A stretch of 64,000 nucleotides of DNA from Candidatus Bathyarchaeota archaeon (GTDB lineage: Archaea; Thermoproteota; Bathyarchaeia; Bathyarchaeales; Bathycorpusculaceae), in the NCBI GenBank assembly GCA_963702095.1, contig OY969706.1:1312001-1376000 (forward strand), written 5' to 3'. Numbering within the stretch: the stretch's first letter is position 1; each line of letters begins with the position of its first letter. The position numbers and the translations under genes were made by a program. The notes under the pieces are model-generated. The model did no database searches. It worked only from the letters and a program-made list of their open reading frames with translations, and was not told the DNA's origin. This document shows positions 41,132-51,162 of the stretch, in pieces.

Positions 41132-42252
41132 TTCCGGTATCTCCTGATGAGCAGGTAAATGAATAGGGGTCCTCCGAGCATCGAGGTGATTATGCCTACG
41201 GGTATGACGGCTGGGTAGAGAATAACTTGGCCGACCCCGTCGGCTATAATTAAGATGATTGCGCCGAGGATAACGGATAAGGGGATGAGGTAGCGGTGGT
41301 CACTGCCAATTATCATCCGTGCGATGTGGGGTCCAAGCAAACCGATGAATGCGATGATGCCGAAGAAGGAGACAATAACTGCGGACAAAACTGAGGTTAG
41401 TAGCATGCCTATGATTCTTTCTCGCTCCGTGTTGACGCCTAACCCTTTTGCTGTGTCTTCTCCTGCATCGAGGGCGTTATAGTCCCATCTCTTATAGAAG
41501 AAGTAAAGGACCACGGGCAGAAACACCAAGAGAATCAGGGAGTTCCAGGACCAAGTTGCTTTGCCCAAGTCACCGAAAGTCCAAGATACAATATTGCCTA
41601 ACTGGGAGTCGGTGGCTATGTACTGCATGAAGGATAACCCTGCAGTGAACATGACGCTGATAGCTACCCCTGCAAGTATCATTGTTTCTGCGCTGACACG
41701 GGTGACTTTGGTAAGAAGCAGTATGGAGCCGGTTGCCAGTAGAGAGAACAAAAACGCGCAGACCGTCGTAATGTAGGGGTTGTTGATGGAGACTATGTTG
41801 GTTAGGCTGCTGCCCGCACCTAGAAAGATTATGGCGAAGGAGGCGCCGAAGGCTGAAGCGCTAGAAATACCCAAGGTGAAAGGAGACGCAAGAGGATTGC
41901 GCAGTATGCACTGCATTACCACTCCTGCGACGGCTAAGCCTGCACCAGCTGCTAAAGCACCCACAATTCTGACCATGCGAATGTTCCAGATGGTGCCGCC
42001 CATTCCAGAAGTGTCAAAGGTGAAAAGGTACTTTATGACGTCGACAAACGAGATTTTAATCGGGCCATTCTGGGCGGCAATGATTACACAAACAACCAGC
42101 ACAAGGACGCCGACTAAGAGGAGCAGGCGTTTTCGTTTTACGAAGCCTTTGTAAACCTTTGAAATTTGGTTGCTTTCTTCTTCGTCGTCTTCGTATATGT
42201 TGAAAGCTTCTTTTTCGTCTGGATGATGATGGGTAATCTGTTGCTTTGCCGT
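41128..42252 (-). CDS. FecCD/BtuC-type ABC permease
   Basis: LRNPLASPFTLG, FIGLLGPH, IPVGIITS; the tracked start at 42102 falls inside TM1, and the frame is open to ACG at 42252. Confidence 0.88.
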   Translation of the reverse strand, partial: TAKQQITHHHPDEKEAFNIYEDDEEESNQISKVYKGFVKRKRLLLLVGVLVLVVCVIIAAQNGPIKISFVDVIKYLFTFDTSGMGGTIWNIRMVRIVGALAAGAGLAVAGVVMQCILRNPLASPFTLGISSASAFGASFAIIFLGAGSSLTNIVSINNPYITTVCAFLFSLLATGSILLLTKVTRVSAETMILAGVAISVMFTAGLSFMQYIATDSQLGNIVSWTFGDLGKATWSWNSLILLVFLPVVLYFFYKRWDYNALDAGEDTAKGLGVNTERERIIGMLLTSVLSAVIVSFFGIIAFIGLLGPHIARMIIGSDHRYLIPLSVILGAIILIIADGVGQVILYPAVIPVGIITSMLGGPLFIYLLIRRYRK

Positions 42253-42313
42253 TCCTTTTACACCGCCAATAAAGAAAAAAGATTGGAAGAAGAGGTTTAT
42301 TAACGAATCACAG

Positions 42314-43408
42314 TTACAGCGTCACTTTGCTACATCCACTGCCTGTCTGTGCAGCTGCGATGTCTTGGTAGGTCATGGTGGTTCCTGGATAGAATAACTG
42401 TATGATTTGGTTGGCTTTGTCTTCGAAGTTCCAAGAGTACAAGTTCCCATTTATTACGGAAGCAACGTAGTATACGTTGACTATCTGGTTATCCCAGTTT
42501 GTTCCATAGCACTTGTAGACCATGGTCGAGTAGATGTTGCCGTCTTTGATTGCTGAAACGTCCTCTAATCCGGTGTTGTCATGTATGTAGCCGTTAATGG
42601 AGTCAACGGAACTGCTTAAGCCTATGCTGTCTATGAATATGTAGTCTGGGTTTGCGGCGATTAGAGTTTCCAATGTGATGGTGTATGGTTGACCGTTGAC
42701 CGCCGGCTGAATAGCATTTGGAACATTAGAGTAGTCGAAGGGCAGGTAGTTACCAGAGCCTTTGAGGAATGATGCTCCACCATAATAGAACATGCCAGAG
42801 GCATATGCACTTTTAGTGTTTTCAGTTGTTGCCGTGGATGTGATATCGTTAATCATGTTGGCGACGCCTTCGTTTAGTTTTGTGGCTCTTGCTTGTTCCC
42901 CAAATAGAGTGCCCAGTGAGGTTATTTGGTCGTAGAAGCCTTGTCCGAATTCTACGTTTGCGTTTATGACGTAGACGGGGATGCTGGTTTGGGTTTGGAG
43001 GGTGTCTGCGGTTGCTGTGTCTTCGGCTGTGGAGGTGATGATGAGGCTTGGGTTTAGGTTTAATATGGCTTCAGGGGTTGTGGCTACTTCGGGGAGAGAA
43101 GCGAATTTGGCTTTGTTAATGAGGTAGTATGTTTGGTCGTCTAGGGTGTTGAAGGTGCCAGCGGGCTCGACGGCTTGGACTTTGTTGGCTGCATCAAAGT
43201 ATGATACTAACCGCAGTGAGCATGCGCCTATGCAGTATATTGAGTCTATCTTCTCGGGGATGTTGACTGTTCTGCCTAGGGCGTCGGTGACTGTGGTTGC
43301 TGTGGGTTCAGGGTTTGCTGGGTTTTGGGTGAGAACGTAAACGGCGCCGACGGCGGCGACTATGATTATTACTATTGCCACGAGGGCGAATAATTTGTTT
43401 TTTCCCAT
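42314..43408 (-). CDS. Metal-chelate ABC substrate-binding protein
   Basis: N-terminal anchor, VTDALGRTVNIP, ANPDYIFI; ATG at 43408. Confidence 0.9.
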   Translation of the reverse strand: MGKNKLFALVAIVIIIVAAVGAVYVLTQNPANPEPTATTVTDALGRTVNIPEKIDSIYCIGACSLRLVSYFDAANKVQAVEPAGTFNTLDDQTYYLINKAKFASLPEVATTPEAILNLNPSLIITSTAEDTATADTLQTQTSIPVYVINANVEFGQGFYDQITSLGTLFGEQARATKLNEGVANMINDITSTATTENTKSAYASGMFYYGGASFLKGSGNYLPFDYSNVPNAIQPAVNGQPYTITLETLIAANPDYIFIDSIGLSSSVDSINGYIHDNTGLEDVSAIKDGNIYSTMVYKCYGTNWDNQIVNVYYVASVINGNLYSWNFEDKANQIIQLFYPGTTMTYQDIAAAQTGSGCSKVTL

Positions 43409-43433
43409 TTGTGCACGTCCAATTAGTGATTTC

Positions 43434-43461
43434 GTATTACTTTTTATCAATTTAGTAACAC
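43434..43461. promoter_or_regulatory. NikR-like operator GTATTAC-N14-GTAACAC
   Basis: 28-bp imperfect palindrome with AT-rich spacer, 25 bp upstream of the metal ABC operon. Confidence 0.55.
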
Positions 43462-43583
43462 AACTACTTGCACTAATAAATTTTTCTGGACGCAAAAAAC
43501 AAATCAACACAACTTAAACATCAAAACATCCCCTACAAGCCTACAGCCAACCTAAAACTGTAAAGCAAAAAGTAAATGAAAAG

Positions 43584-43658
43584 TGGGCCGAACCGGATTC
43601 GGACCGGCGACCTTCTGCACGTCAAGCAGATGTCCTAACCAGGCTAGACGACCGGCCC
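43584..43658 (-). tRNA. tRNA-Val(GAC)
   Basis: Cloverleaf; anticodon arm TCTGC-TTGACGT-GCAGA; T-loop TCCGAAT. Confidence 0.95.
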
Positions 43659-43827
43659 ACACTTTTTCGCATAGTCGTCTACTGCGCCACCCTATTTAGG
43701 CGCTTCGCCTCTTATGCGTTGCAATATTCATTTTACAGCAACTATTAAACCATTACGTTTTTGTTTTCTACGATAGAAGTTTTAAGCATCTTATGACATA
43801 ACAGTACCCACCCCCAGGTACAGGGCT

Positions 43828-45078
43828 ATGGCAGCAAACGACGAAATCACCAAGCTACTGGTTGAGTTCATAAACAAAAACTCCAACGTTGCAGACGTGC
43901 AATGGGACAGGCGCATGAGCCCACGTTTACTCTTTAACCCTTACTCCGAAAAATATGAGGAACGCCGCATCGCTGCCCACTACTTCCTCCTAGCCGCATC
44001 TATCCTCGACGACACAGTGGTCGGGTACCCAGAAAACGCCCGTATGCTCCTGGTTTATCTGCATACGGCGTTCGGTAACGTCTTGTTTGACATAAAAAAA
44101 GCCCACCTCTTCGAAGAGGAAATCGTCAAAGCGGATTTCTATCACGATTTGGGTCCCAACAAGAAAGCCGCTTCTGAAAACCTTGCAGCTGTAAATCTAT
44201 TTGTAAAAAACAAGGCAGAACGCAATTTGTTGAAATACTCGCAGAAATTCACCAACCCCAAAGACTTCATCGAAGATTTAGCCCAAAATATCCCCGCGTT
44301 AGCCGGGCCGCATAGGGATAGGGCTTGGATTTACATGCGGTGGATGGTGCGTCCACTGCCTGATCTGCAAATCTATGATCACCTCTTGCCCGAAGACCTC
44401 TATGTACCCTTGACCAAGGAGAACGCTAACGTCGCTGCGAGTCTAGGCATAATTCAAACTGCGTCGCCTTCGCTTTGGCGTGATGAGCAAACCGCTGCAC
44501 AGGCTAGGCAGAGGCTAACCGACTATGCCAAGCGACTTTTCCCTATGGATCCAGCGGAAATCGATTATCCCTTCTTTCTTTTAGGCCGATGGCTTAAACA
44601 GAAAAGCCTCAATCGCTATACACTTAAAACCGCCTTGGATTTTTTGGAGCGGATGCAGAAGATCACTGGGCAGTCGCAGGCTTACTATCAGAAGATGAGC
44701 CGTTACAAAAGCGGTTGGGAAAAGAAAACCGCGCTGACGCTGCTGCGAATGCATATTCCCTATGGCTATGAAACCATCAGTTTCCCGTTACCCAACGAAG
44801 TCTACACGCCAGATTTCATTTTGGAAAAGACATTGGCAGGCAGAAAAATTATCCTTGAACCCCACTTCGAAATGACCAAAAAACAAGCCCGCAAATACGC
44901 CCTATTCAAACGAACCTACGGCCACCAATTCCTCCTAATCCTACTCCTAAAAAACGACCTAATCCCCCTCTACCACCAACGAAAAATCCTAACCGACGAC
45001 GTCTGCGACGACGTATGGCCCATCGAATTCATCCACCTACTAGCCGAAAAAATACGACGCGGAACATACGGACAATAA
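43828..45078 (+). CDS. DUF2400/TIGR02757-like HhH-GPD domain fused to a T7 endonuclease I-like PD-(D/E)XK domain
   Basis: YMRWMVRP..DL...LYVPL...FPMDPAEIDYPFFLLG followed by YKSGWE...YGYE...YTPDFIL...ILEPH. Confidence 0.75.
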   Translation: MAANDEITKLLVEFINKNSNVADVQWDRRMSPRLLFNPYSEKYEERRIAAHYFLLAASILDDTVVGYPENARMLLVYLHTAFGNVLFDIKKAHLFEEEIVKADFYHDLGPNKKAASENLAAVNLFVKNKAERNLLKYSQKFTNPKDFIEDLAQNIPALAGPHRDRAWIYMRWMVRPLPDLQIYDHLLPEDLYVPLTKENANVAASLGIIQTASPSLWRDEQTAAQARQRLTDYAKRLFPMDPAEIDYPFFLLGRWLKQKSLNRYTLKTALDFLERMQKITGQSQAYYQKMSRYKSGWEKKTALTLLRMHIPYGYETISFPLPNEVYTPDFILEKTLAGRKIILEPHFEMTKKQARKYALFKRTYGHQFLLILLLKNDLIPLYHQRKILTDDVCDDVWPIEFIHLLAEKIRRGTYGQ

Positions 45079-45125
45079 ACCAACCCGCAACCCAAACAAT
45101 AACCCAACACCAAAACAAACACGGC
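45077..45125 (+). repeat. Family B, short left-half fragment
   Basis: AACCAACCCGCAACCCAA...CAAAACA resembles ~46090-46135. Confidence 0.5.
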
Positions 45126-45129
45126 AGCT

Positions 45130-45402
45130 ATGAGCAAATAACAAACGTTATCACCTATACCGTCTTGTCGACGCAACAGAAGACGACTCAAGAGAACAGA
45201 CGGCTATTGGGTTAATCCGCTGAGTCCTAATACGCCAAAGATTATAGCGCTATACCAGCAAGGCTTAGGTCAAGCGGATATTTGCAAAAGCTTAGGCATG
45301 GATTCTGAGTCCTATCGCCCACACGTTTCTAAAGTTCTTGGTAGAGCAAGAGCCAGAGGTATCATCAAATACCTACCTTGGCTTGAGAGATTACTGATCT
45401 GA
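45130..45402 (+). pseudogene. HTH protein remnant (SorC/DeoR-like HTH)
   Basis: MSK-stop, then an open frame containing IIALYQQGLGQADICKSLG...VSKVLGRARARGII. Confidence 0.5.
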
Positions 45403-45579
45403 TAGGAAATAATATGCCCCTCATGGAGTGTATAGGATTAAGTACGCATAACCTCAAGTTTACTCTTTTCCCATGCTTTTACTATTCGAAAACGTGAAAA
45501 TGCGGTAGAAGATTCGCTCTCAAAAAAACCCGATGCTCCACCTTTTGGTTTGAGCCTAAAAAAAGTAATCTTGGGGTTT

Positions 45580-45783
45580 CTATAGGTGAGATTGAGACGT
45601 TTTGGTTTCTCTGTCCCTATACTGTTCTATGCGAAATAGTTTTTCCTCTTGCGATAGTTCGACTACAATGTCACTTTCATCCAATAGCTTTGGAGGTAAC
45701 TTATCTCTTAATATAGAAATAACCAATTGAACATTTTTATCTTTCACAAATTGTGCTACCTGCAAAAGTTGGTTATCGTGCAT
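45580..45783 (-). pseudogene. C-terminal fragment of a DUF2326-like (ABC three-component/Lamassu-type ATPase) protein
   Basis: MHDNQL...VQLVISILRDKLP...ELSQEEKLFRIE resembles DUF2326 C-termini as recalled; AT-rich. Confidence 0.55.
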
Positions 45784-45818
45784 GCCCTTTTGGCAACCCG
45801 ACACGCAACGAGGGCAAG
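45782..45818 (-). repeat. 37-bp perfect inverted copy of 46356-46392
   Basis: Reverse complement equals CTTGCCCTCGTTGCGTGTCGGGTTGCCAAAAGGGCAT. Confidence 0.95.
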
Positions 45819-46061
45819 ACCTTTTTTGCCACCCCTTACTTTATTACTTATCAGCCTGCCATCTCTACACCCTTCTAGTCTAATACCTGCCATTTTTTAG
45901 CCCCCATTCTTTGTTTACCATTTATAGTTTTAAGGTTTGCTAGGCACACAGGTGACGGTTTTTCACAAGTTGGAGCTTAGAAAAATTGCGCTATGTTGGG
46001 TGACACAGACTTCAAAGAGCCGGAGGGGAGCTCGGCAAAGCAACAAACCCACACCGCCCTA

Positions 46062-46200
46062 CCCTCAACTGCTTGAAAAAACCGCCACAACCAACCAGCA
46101 ACCCAACACAAACGCAGACACAAAAACACAACGCCCCGCCAAACCCGCTGCTTGTTGTTGTGTATAGGGGGTTTTTAGCAACAACACACTGATAAAAAAA
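46062..46200 (+). repeat. Dispersed repeat family B, full copy
   Basis: CAACCAACCAGCA...TTGTTGTTG-TGTATAGGGGG-TTTTTA-GCAACAACA. Confidence 0.88.
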
Positions 46201-46257
46201 CCTCATAGTGGCTGCCACTGTATATATGGGTCTTGTGTTGTTGTTGTTTGATTTGCG

Positions 46258-46623
46258 ATGCCCACTGAGAATTTTAAAGCTTACATTGTTGCCTTGATTT
46301 TGGATGGCAAACCCGAAGATGCGCTAGAGTTGCTATCAAAAGAATACAACGTCACCTTGCCCTCGTTGCGTGTCGGGTTGCCAAAAGGGCATAAAACAAC
46401 CGCATACGGATGCTACAGCGCAAAAACACAGTCAATCACCGTACTCAACAGCGACATACTCATCAACCCCTTTGTTATTCTCCACGAATTCTACCATCAC
46501 CTGCGGAGCAAAGCGGTGGATCGGGTGCATCGAGGCACCGAAGGCAACGCAGACAAATTCGCCATGGATTACCTGCAGCAATATCAACTTGCTGTGTTGA
46601 GGGCTCAGTTGGGCAGTCAATAA
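46258..46623 (+). CDS. Small zincin-like HExxH protein
   Basis: AYGCY...VILHEFYHH...EGNADKFA. Confidence 0.8.
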   Translation: MPTENFKAYIVALILDGKPEDALELLSKEYNVTLPSLRVGLPKGHKTTAYGCYSAKTQSITVLNSDILINPFVILHEFYHHLRSKAVDRVHRGTEGNADKFAMDYLQQYQLAVLRAQLGSQ

Positions 46624-47042
46624 TAGTCTTCGTCGTTGCATTCAATGGGCTCAGTAATTTCAATGGGTAGATTGTCGCCGTTTGAATCGTAGGCGGCTAT
46701 ACAATTTTTTCCTTCGTAGGGGTAACCGACGATTAAAAGAACCCGCCCAAAAAAGTAGTTTAGATCTACATGGCTTGGTCTATTGTTGCCCGAAGGATGC
46801 GAATGAACGGTTCCCACAAGTGAGAAGTCGCCTACGAACATGTAAGGGTTGAAGTGGACTTCGCCTTCTCCGTGGACTGCAAACGGTGCCAATACCAAGT
46901 CGGTTACTGCTATGATGTTTTTTATTTTTTTGCCCCTCAGAAGTAGAAAGCTTTCACGTGGGTAAAGTTCTTTGGCGCCTGCGTAGATGGCGTCTAATAT
47001 GTTGCTTGGGATCTGCACGGTTACGGTGGAAGTCATATACAC
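46617..47042 (-). CDS. JAMM/MPN+ metalloisopeptidase
   Basis: YPRE...GTVHSHPSGNNRPSHVD. Confidence 0.92.
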   Translation of the reverse strand: MYMTSTVTVQIPSNILDAIYAGAKELYPRESFLLLRGKKIKNIIAVTDLVLAPFAVHGEGEVHFNPYMFVGDFSLVGTVHSHPSGNNRPSHVDLNYFFGRVLLIVGYPYEGKNCIAAYDSNGDNLPIEITEPIECNDEDYY

Positions 47043-47157
47043 AACGGTTAGGGTTGTGGGTTAAGAACTTTGCCTAATCTCTTAGGTACTTGGAGTTTCT
47101 CTGCTTGAATTAGGTAGACATTTAAGATACAATGGATTAAAATGTTGATTTGTCGGT

Positions 47158-47242
47158 GCCGGGATGGCAGAGTGGTTAACGCGCGGGCCTTGAGAGCCCG
47201 TGGACCTTCCGGTCCGCATGGGTTCGAATCCCATTCCCGGCG
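47158..47242 (+). tRNA. tRNA-Ser(TGA)
   Basis: Anticodon arm CGGGC-CTTGAGA-GCCCG, long variable arm, GTTCGAATC, G discriminator. Confidence 0.95.
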
Positions 47243-47375
47243 CCTTCATAGAAACTGTTTTCTGCTTTCCAGTTTTCCGCAAAGCTGTAATTTTTTGTTT
47301 GCTTAGATCTTCTAGAGAGCGTAAAATATAAGCAAAACTAAGAGCCAGAGTTATTCGATTGAAAAGAATTTTCAC

Positions 47376-47744
47376 TTAGAGCATTAAGAATTTTCTTACG
47401 AAATCCGTCATTTGTTTATTGAATTCCTTCATCATGTCAACAACAACTTCTTGGCCTAAGGGTGTTAGTTTGTATACTGTTTTTCTTCCATCGTTTTCCC
47501 CCTCTATGAGTCCCTTGCGTTCTACAGTATACAGTGTTGCATAGACCGTTCCGGGGCTGAGTACTCCTCCAAACTTGCTGTTGACAAAAGCGGTGATGTC
47601 ATATCCACTTAGGTTTCCCTGTTTCTTCATTTCGATTAGAATGAGTATGTCGAGGAAGTTTTTGATTACCCGTGTTTCTATATCTTTTGGGGAATATCCG
47701 CTGAGGTGTCTTGCCGATTTTGGATTATCTGTTGTCTCGTTCAT
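47376..47744 (-). CDS. PadR-like winged-helix regulator
   Basis: LSGYDI...LSPGTVYATL...VYKLTPLG. Confidence 0.88.
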   Translation of the reverse strand: MNETTDNPKSARHLSGYSPKDIETRVIKNFLDILILIEMKKQGNLSGYDITAFVNSKFGGVLSPGTVYATLYTVERKGLIEGENDGRKTVYKLTPLGQEVVVDMMKEFNKQMTDFVRKFLML

Positions 47745-48022
47745 CGTCAGTCGCCTGAACCTTCTTTAGCTATGACCTTTGTGGACTTTTAAGATTATTG
47801 TGTTCAACATGTTTTATGTAAAAAAGTTAATTTATCTATGAATATAGCTTAATTATAGCGATAACCCCCTTCAGGTTTCGAGTATCTTTTTAAATGCTTA
47901 GTTTAATGGATTAACAGTGGTTTCTGGGCTTTTGCCAATAAAAAAGTCCAATATTTCTCAAATTTGCGAAAACAAAACCAATCAAAAGAAATCCATAGAC
48001 TCGGTGCTTAAGCCCAAACCAG

Positions 48023-50098
48023 TTAACCTTGCTCCTTGAGGTACTCCAACATCTTTTCAAGTTGATTAGTAGGCGGCATGCAGGTTTGGTTTCGGCATAC
48101 ATACGCTGTGGCTTTTCCCTCGCTTTTCTCGTAGCCGCCGGGCACTCCTTTAGGCGATTCAGAGGCTAATTTCACCGTTAAATTCGGCAGATAATTCCTC
48201 CGCAAAGCCACCAGCAATTCTTGAGTGTCTTTGTCTGCCACGCTGCCGACCAAAACTACGCTAAAAGAGGGCCCTAACACAAAGTCCAGCCCCGTTAACA
48301 TGAAGGTATGCCCCATCGGGTAACCCTTAATTTCCTCGGAAAACGCTGCCAACAATTTATTCGCGTATCCCTCAGAGGATACGTCGCCTGTCAACCATGA
48401 CAGCCACAGCAGATCATGGAGCGCCATCGAGTTCCCTGAAGGCGTTGCGCCGTCGTAGGCTTGTTTTATGCGTGGAACCGTTTCGTCGCTTGTTTGGGCG
48501 GTGAGGAAGAAACCTCCGTTTTTGTTGTCCCAGAACTCTGCAAGCATGGTTTTAGCTAATTCAACGCCTGCCTCTAAGTATTTCTCGCCAAAATCTGCTT
48601 CGTAGAGCTCCAGCAGACCAAAAACAAAACAGGCATAATCGTCCAAAAAGCCCAAAACAGCCCGTTCACCCTTAACAAAACGATGATAAATCTTACCTTC
48701 TTCAGTCCGCAAGTTGCCTAATATGAAATCTGCCGCTTTCTGAGCTGCAACAAGATACTTCGGTTCCCCCAAAACCTGACTTGCCCTCGCCAACGCCCCA
48801 ATCATCAAGCCGTTCCAGTCAACCAACACCTTGTCGTCTTTGGCGGGATGAACCCGTTTTTTCCTCGCCGCAAAAAGTAGATGCGTGACCTTGCCCAGTT
48901 TAGCGATGACTTGGTCGACGGTCAAATTTGAATCCGTAGCCATCTGCTCAATAGGCACCGCAAGATGCAGGATGTTTTTGCCCATTCTGCCTTCGGATGG
49001 TTCATAGTAGTTGCCTTCTGCTCTGACGCCGTAGATTTTAATGGCGAATTCGCTTAGGTCGGCCGGTAGGGCTTGTTTGATTTCTTCTTGTGTCCAGAGG
49101 TAGAATTTGCCTTCTTCGCCTTCGCTGTCAGCGTCTTCAGCAGAGTAGAAGCCGCCTTCCGCCTCAACCATGTCTCTTAGCACATAGTCAAGCGTCTCTT
49201 TTGCGGAAATCCTGAATTTCGGCGCTTTGGACTGCTGGTAAGCTTCAAGATAAGCAAGGGCAAGGAGGGCTTGGTCGTAGAGCATTTTTTCGAAATGCGG
49301 AACCAGCCACCTTGAGTCTGTGCTGTACCTGTGGAATCCTAAGCCGATTTGGTCGAAAATGCCGCCTAAACGCATGTTGCGCAGCGTGCCCTCAACCATG
49401 CTCCATGCAGCAGGCTGCTTTGTACGTTTGTAGTATCGTAGTAGAAACAGGAGGTTGTGAGGTGAGGGGAACTTCGGCGACGACCCAAACCCTCCGTTCT
49501 CATGATCAAAAGCTAAATAGAGCTGGTCAAAAGCTTCGTCAAGCACATCTTTATCCAAAATCAGCGGTTCGCGGATTCGTTGGGCGGTGATTTGTTCGGT
49601 TACTTCTTTGCCCGTAGCTTCTAATTCGGTTCGGCGGCTCTTCCATATTTGCTCGATTTGAGGTACAAGGCTTAGCATGCCAAATGTTCCGTAACGGTCG
49701 TCTTTGGGTATATAGCTAGCCACGAAAAAAGGGTGTTTCTGCGGGGTCATTATCACGTTGAGGGGCCAGCCACAGCTTCTGCCCATTGCCTGGCAAACCG
49801 CCATGTAAGTGGCGTCTAAATCTGGCCGTTCCTCACGATCCACTTTGATACAGACAAAAGCCTTGTTCATGAGGGCTGCTACGTCTTGGTCTTCAAAGCA
49901 TTCCTTCTCCATGACGTGGCACCAGTGACAGGTAGAGTAACCTATGGAGACAAAAACAGGTTTATCTTCAGCCTGCGCCCGCTGGAAGGCTTCGTCGCCC
50001 CAAGGATACCAATCAACAGGGTTGTAGGCGTGCTGAAGCAGGTAGGGGCTTTTTTCAGTGATTAACCTGTTAGGTTTCGGTTTCTCAGAATTATGCAT
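48023..50098 (-). CDS. YyaL/SPATA20-family thioredoxin-domain protein
   Basis: [36 protein letters not shown]. Confidence 0.95.
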   Translation of the reverse strand: MHNSEKPKPNRLITEKSPYLLQHAYNPVDWYPWGDEAFQRAQAEDKPVFVSIGYSTCHWCHVMEKECFEDQDVAALMNKAFVCIKVDREERPDLDATYMAVCQAMGRSCGWPLNVIMTPQKHPFFVASYIPKDDRYGTFGMLSLVPQIEQIWKSRRTELEATGKEVTEQITAQRIREPLILDKDVLDEAFDQLYLAFDHENGGFGSSPKFPSPHNLLFLLRYYKRTKQPAAWSMVEGTLRNMRLGGIFDQIGLGFHRYSTDSRWLVPHFEKMLYDQALLALAYLEAYQQSKAPKFRISAKETLDYVLRDMVEAEGGFYSAEDADSEGEEGKFYLWTQEEIKQALPADLSEFAIKIYGVRAEGNYYEPSEGRMGKNILHLAVPIEQMATDSNLTVDQVIAKLGKVTHLLFAARKKRVHPAKDDKVLVDWNGLMIGALARASQVLGEPKYLVAAQKAADFILGNLRTEEGKIYHRFVKGERAVLGFLDDYACFVFGLLELYEADFGEKYLEAGVELAKTMLAEFWDNKNGGFFLTAQTSDETVPRIKQAYDGATPSGNSMALHDLLWLSWLTGDVSSEGYANKLLAAFSEEIKGYPMGHTFMLTGLDFVLGPSFSVVLVGSVADKDTQELLVALRRNYLPNLTVKLASESPKGVPGGYEKSEGKATAYVCRNQTCMPPTNQLEKMLEYLKEQG

Positions 50099-50153
50099 AA
50101 AGTCATCAATAACAGATGCATCTACTGCTTATTAGCTCTTAAAAAAGAAATGA

Positions 50154-50594
50154 TTAGTATTTTACGCTTAAGTAGAACAGCACCAGCAGCGCAGCCATCT
50201 CGAAGAGGTCAGGCAGAAAAGCGAAGGGTCCCAAACCAAAGAGGTTGAAGCCTGCGATTCCGATTACAAACGGACTCCATGTCACGTCTTTTATGAGTAA
50301 GAAAGAAGCGAAGAGCAAAAGTCCAACGGTAAATTCAGATCGGGTTTTGAGGTAGATGCTTATGTAGCTGCCGATTAACACGCAGATTAACACGATGTTT
50401 ACGGTGGAGAATATGGTTCTTGCCCAGTAATACAGTTCTAAATCAGCTGGGTTAGGTATATATTGTCTAGGCACAAAGGGATACCCAACGGTTCTTCTAG
50501 CCTCCGCTTGATACATCGCGAGTAGTACTGCTGCAACAGCAGATAACACTATCAAAACTATAAGCAACACGAAGATGATTTGTTTTTTATTCAT
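50154..50594 (-). CDS. Hypothetical membrane protein
   Basis: About 4 TM helices; downstream of the ArsR-type gene. Confidence 0.75.
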   Translation of the reverse strand: MNKKQIIFVLLIVLIVLSAVAAVLLAMYQAEARRTVGYPFVPRQYIPNPADLELYYWARTIFSTVNIVLICVLIGSYISIYLKTRSEFTVGLLLFASFLLIKDVTWSPFVIGIAGFNLFGLGPFAFLPDLFEMAALLVLFYLSVKY

Positions 50595-50625
50595 TTAGTT
50601 CTCCCTCTTGCCTCTTCTCCTTTTT

Positions 50626-50928
50626 CTACTTTTTCCCGATTTTATTCGCAATCTCCTCAAACAGGACGTAGTTGTCTTCCATGACCTGCGATAGAAAGTA
50701 CGTTGCACCATACCTGTCTCCGATTGAAGTGATGATTTTGTTCTTCTCCAAAACCTCTAAGTGGTGACGCATCGTTTTGTAATCCATCTGCAGCAACGTA
50801 GCCAGCTGATTTGCGTTTTGCGGTGTTTCCTTGAGTGATTTGATGATTTTTGCACGGGTAGGTCCGCCTCTTGTGCCAGCGATTAACCAGCCTAAGAGGT
50901 ATTTTAGTGAACGTGCATTTGCAGACAC
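50626..50928 (-). CDS. ArsR-family winged-helix regulator
   Basis: LIAGTRGGPTR...PQNANQLA...DYKTMRHHLEVL; likely GTG at 50928. Confidence 0.88.
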   Translation of the reverse strand: MSANARSLKYLLGWLIAGTRGGPTRAKIIKSLKETPQNANQLATLLQMDYKTMRHHLEVLEKNKIITSIGDRYGATYFLSQVMEDNYVLFEEIANKIGKK

Positions 50929-51162
50929 TCTATTACCGCTCCGTGCAACAATCTCTTCTGGACTGTTTGTTCTGTTAACGTTATAAATGTGCGCTTTCGT
51001 CGTGAAGAAAAAAACTTTTGGCAATAATTAGGCTCTATTCCGAGTATAACCTGAAAAATTCTGCGCTGGCTTCTTGGAGTTAGCGGTTGCTGATTAGGGT
51101 GAAATTTGGGTACAATTCTGAAAAATCATTTAATAACCGCTCAGCCTCAACCCCCGATAGGA

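Noticed and set aside
47158-47242. Selenocysteine or suppressor tRNA
   Set aside because: Anticodon TGA reads UCA (Ser); tRNA-Sec would have anticodon TCA.
43584-47242. Integrated element bounded by the two tRNAs
   Set aside because: The tRNA 3' ends point outward, and I saw no duplicated tRNA 3' fragment or integrase. The interval includes a core-like JAMM gene.
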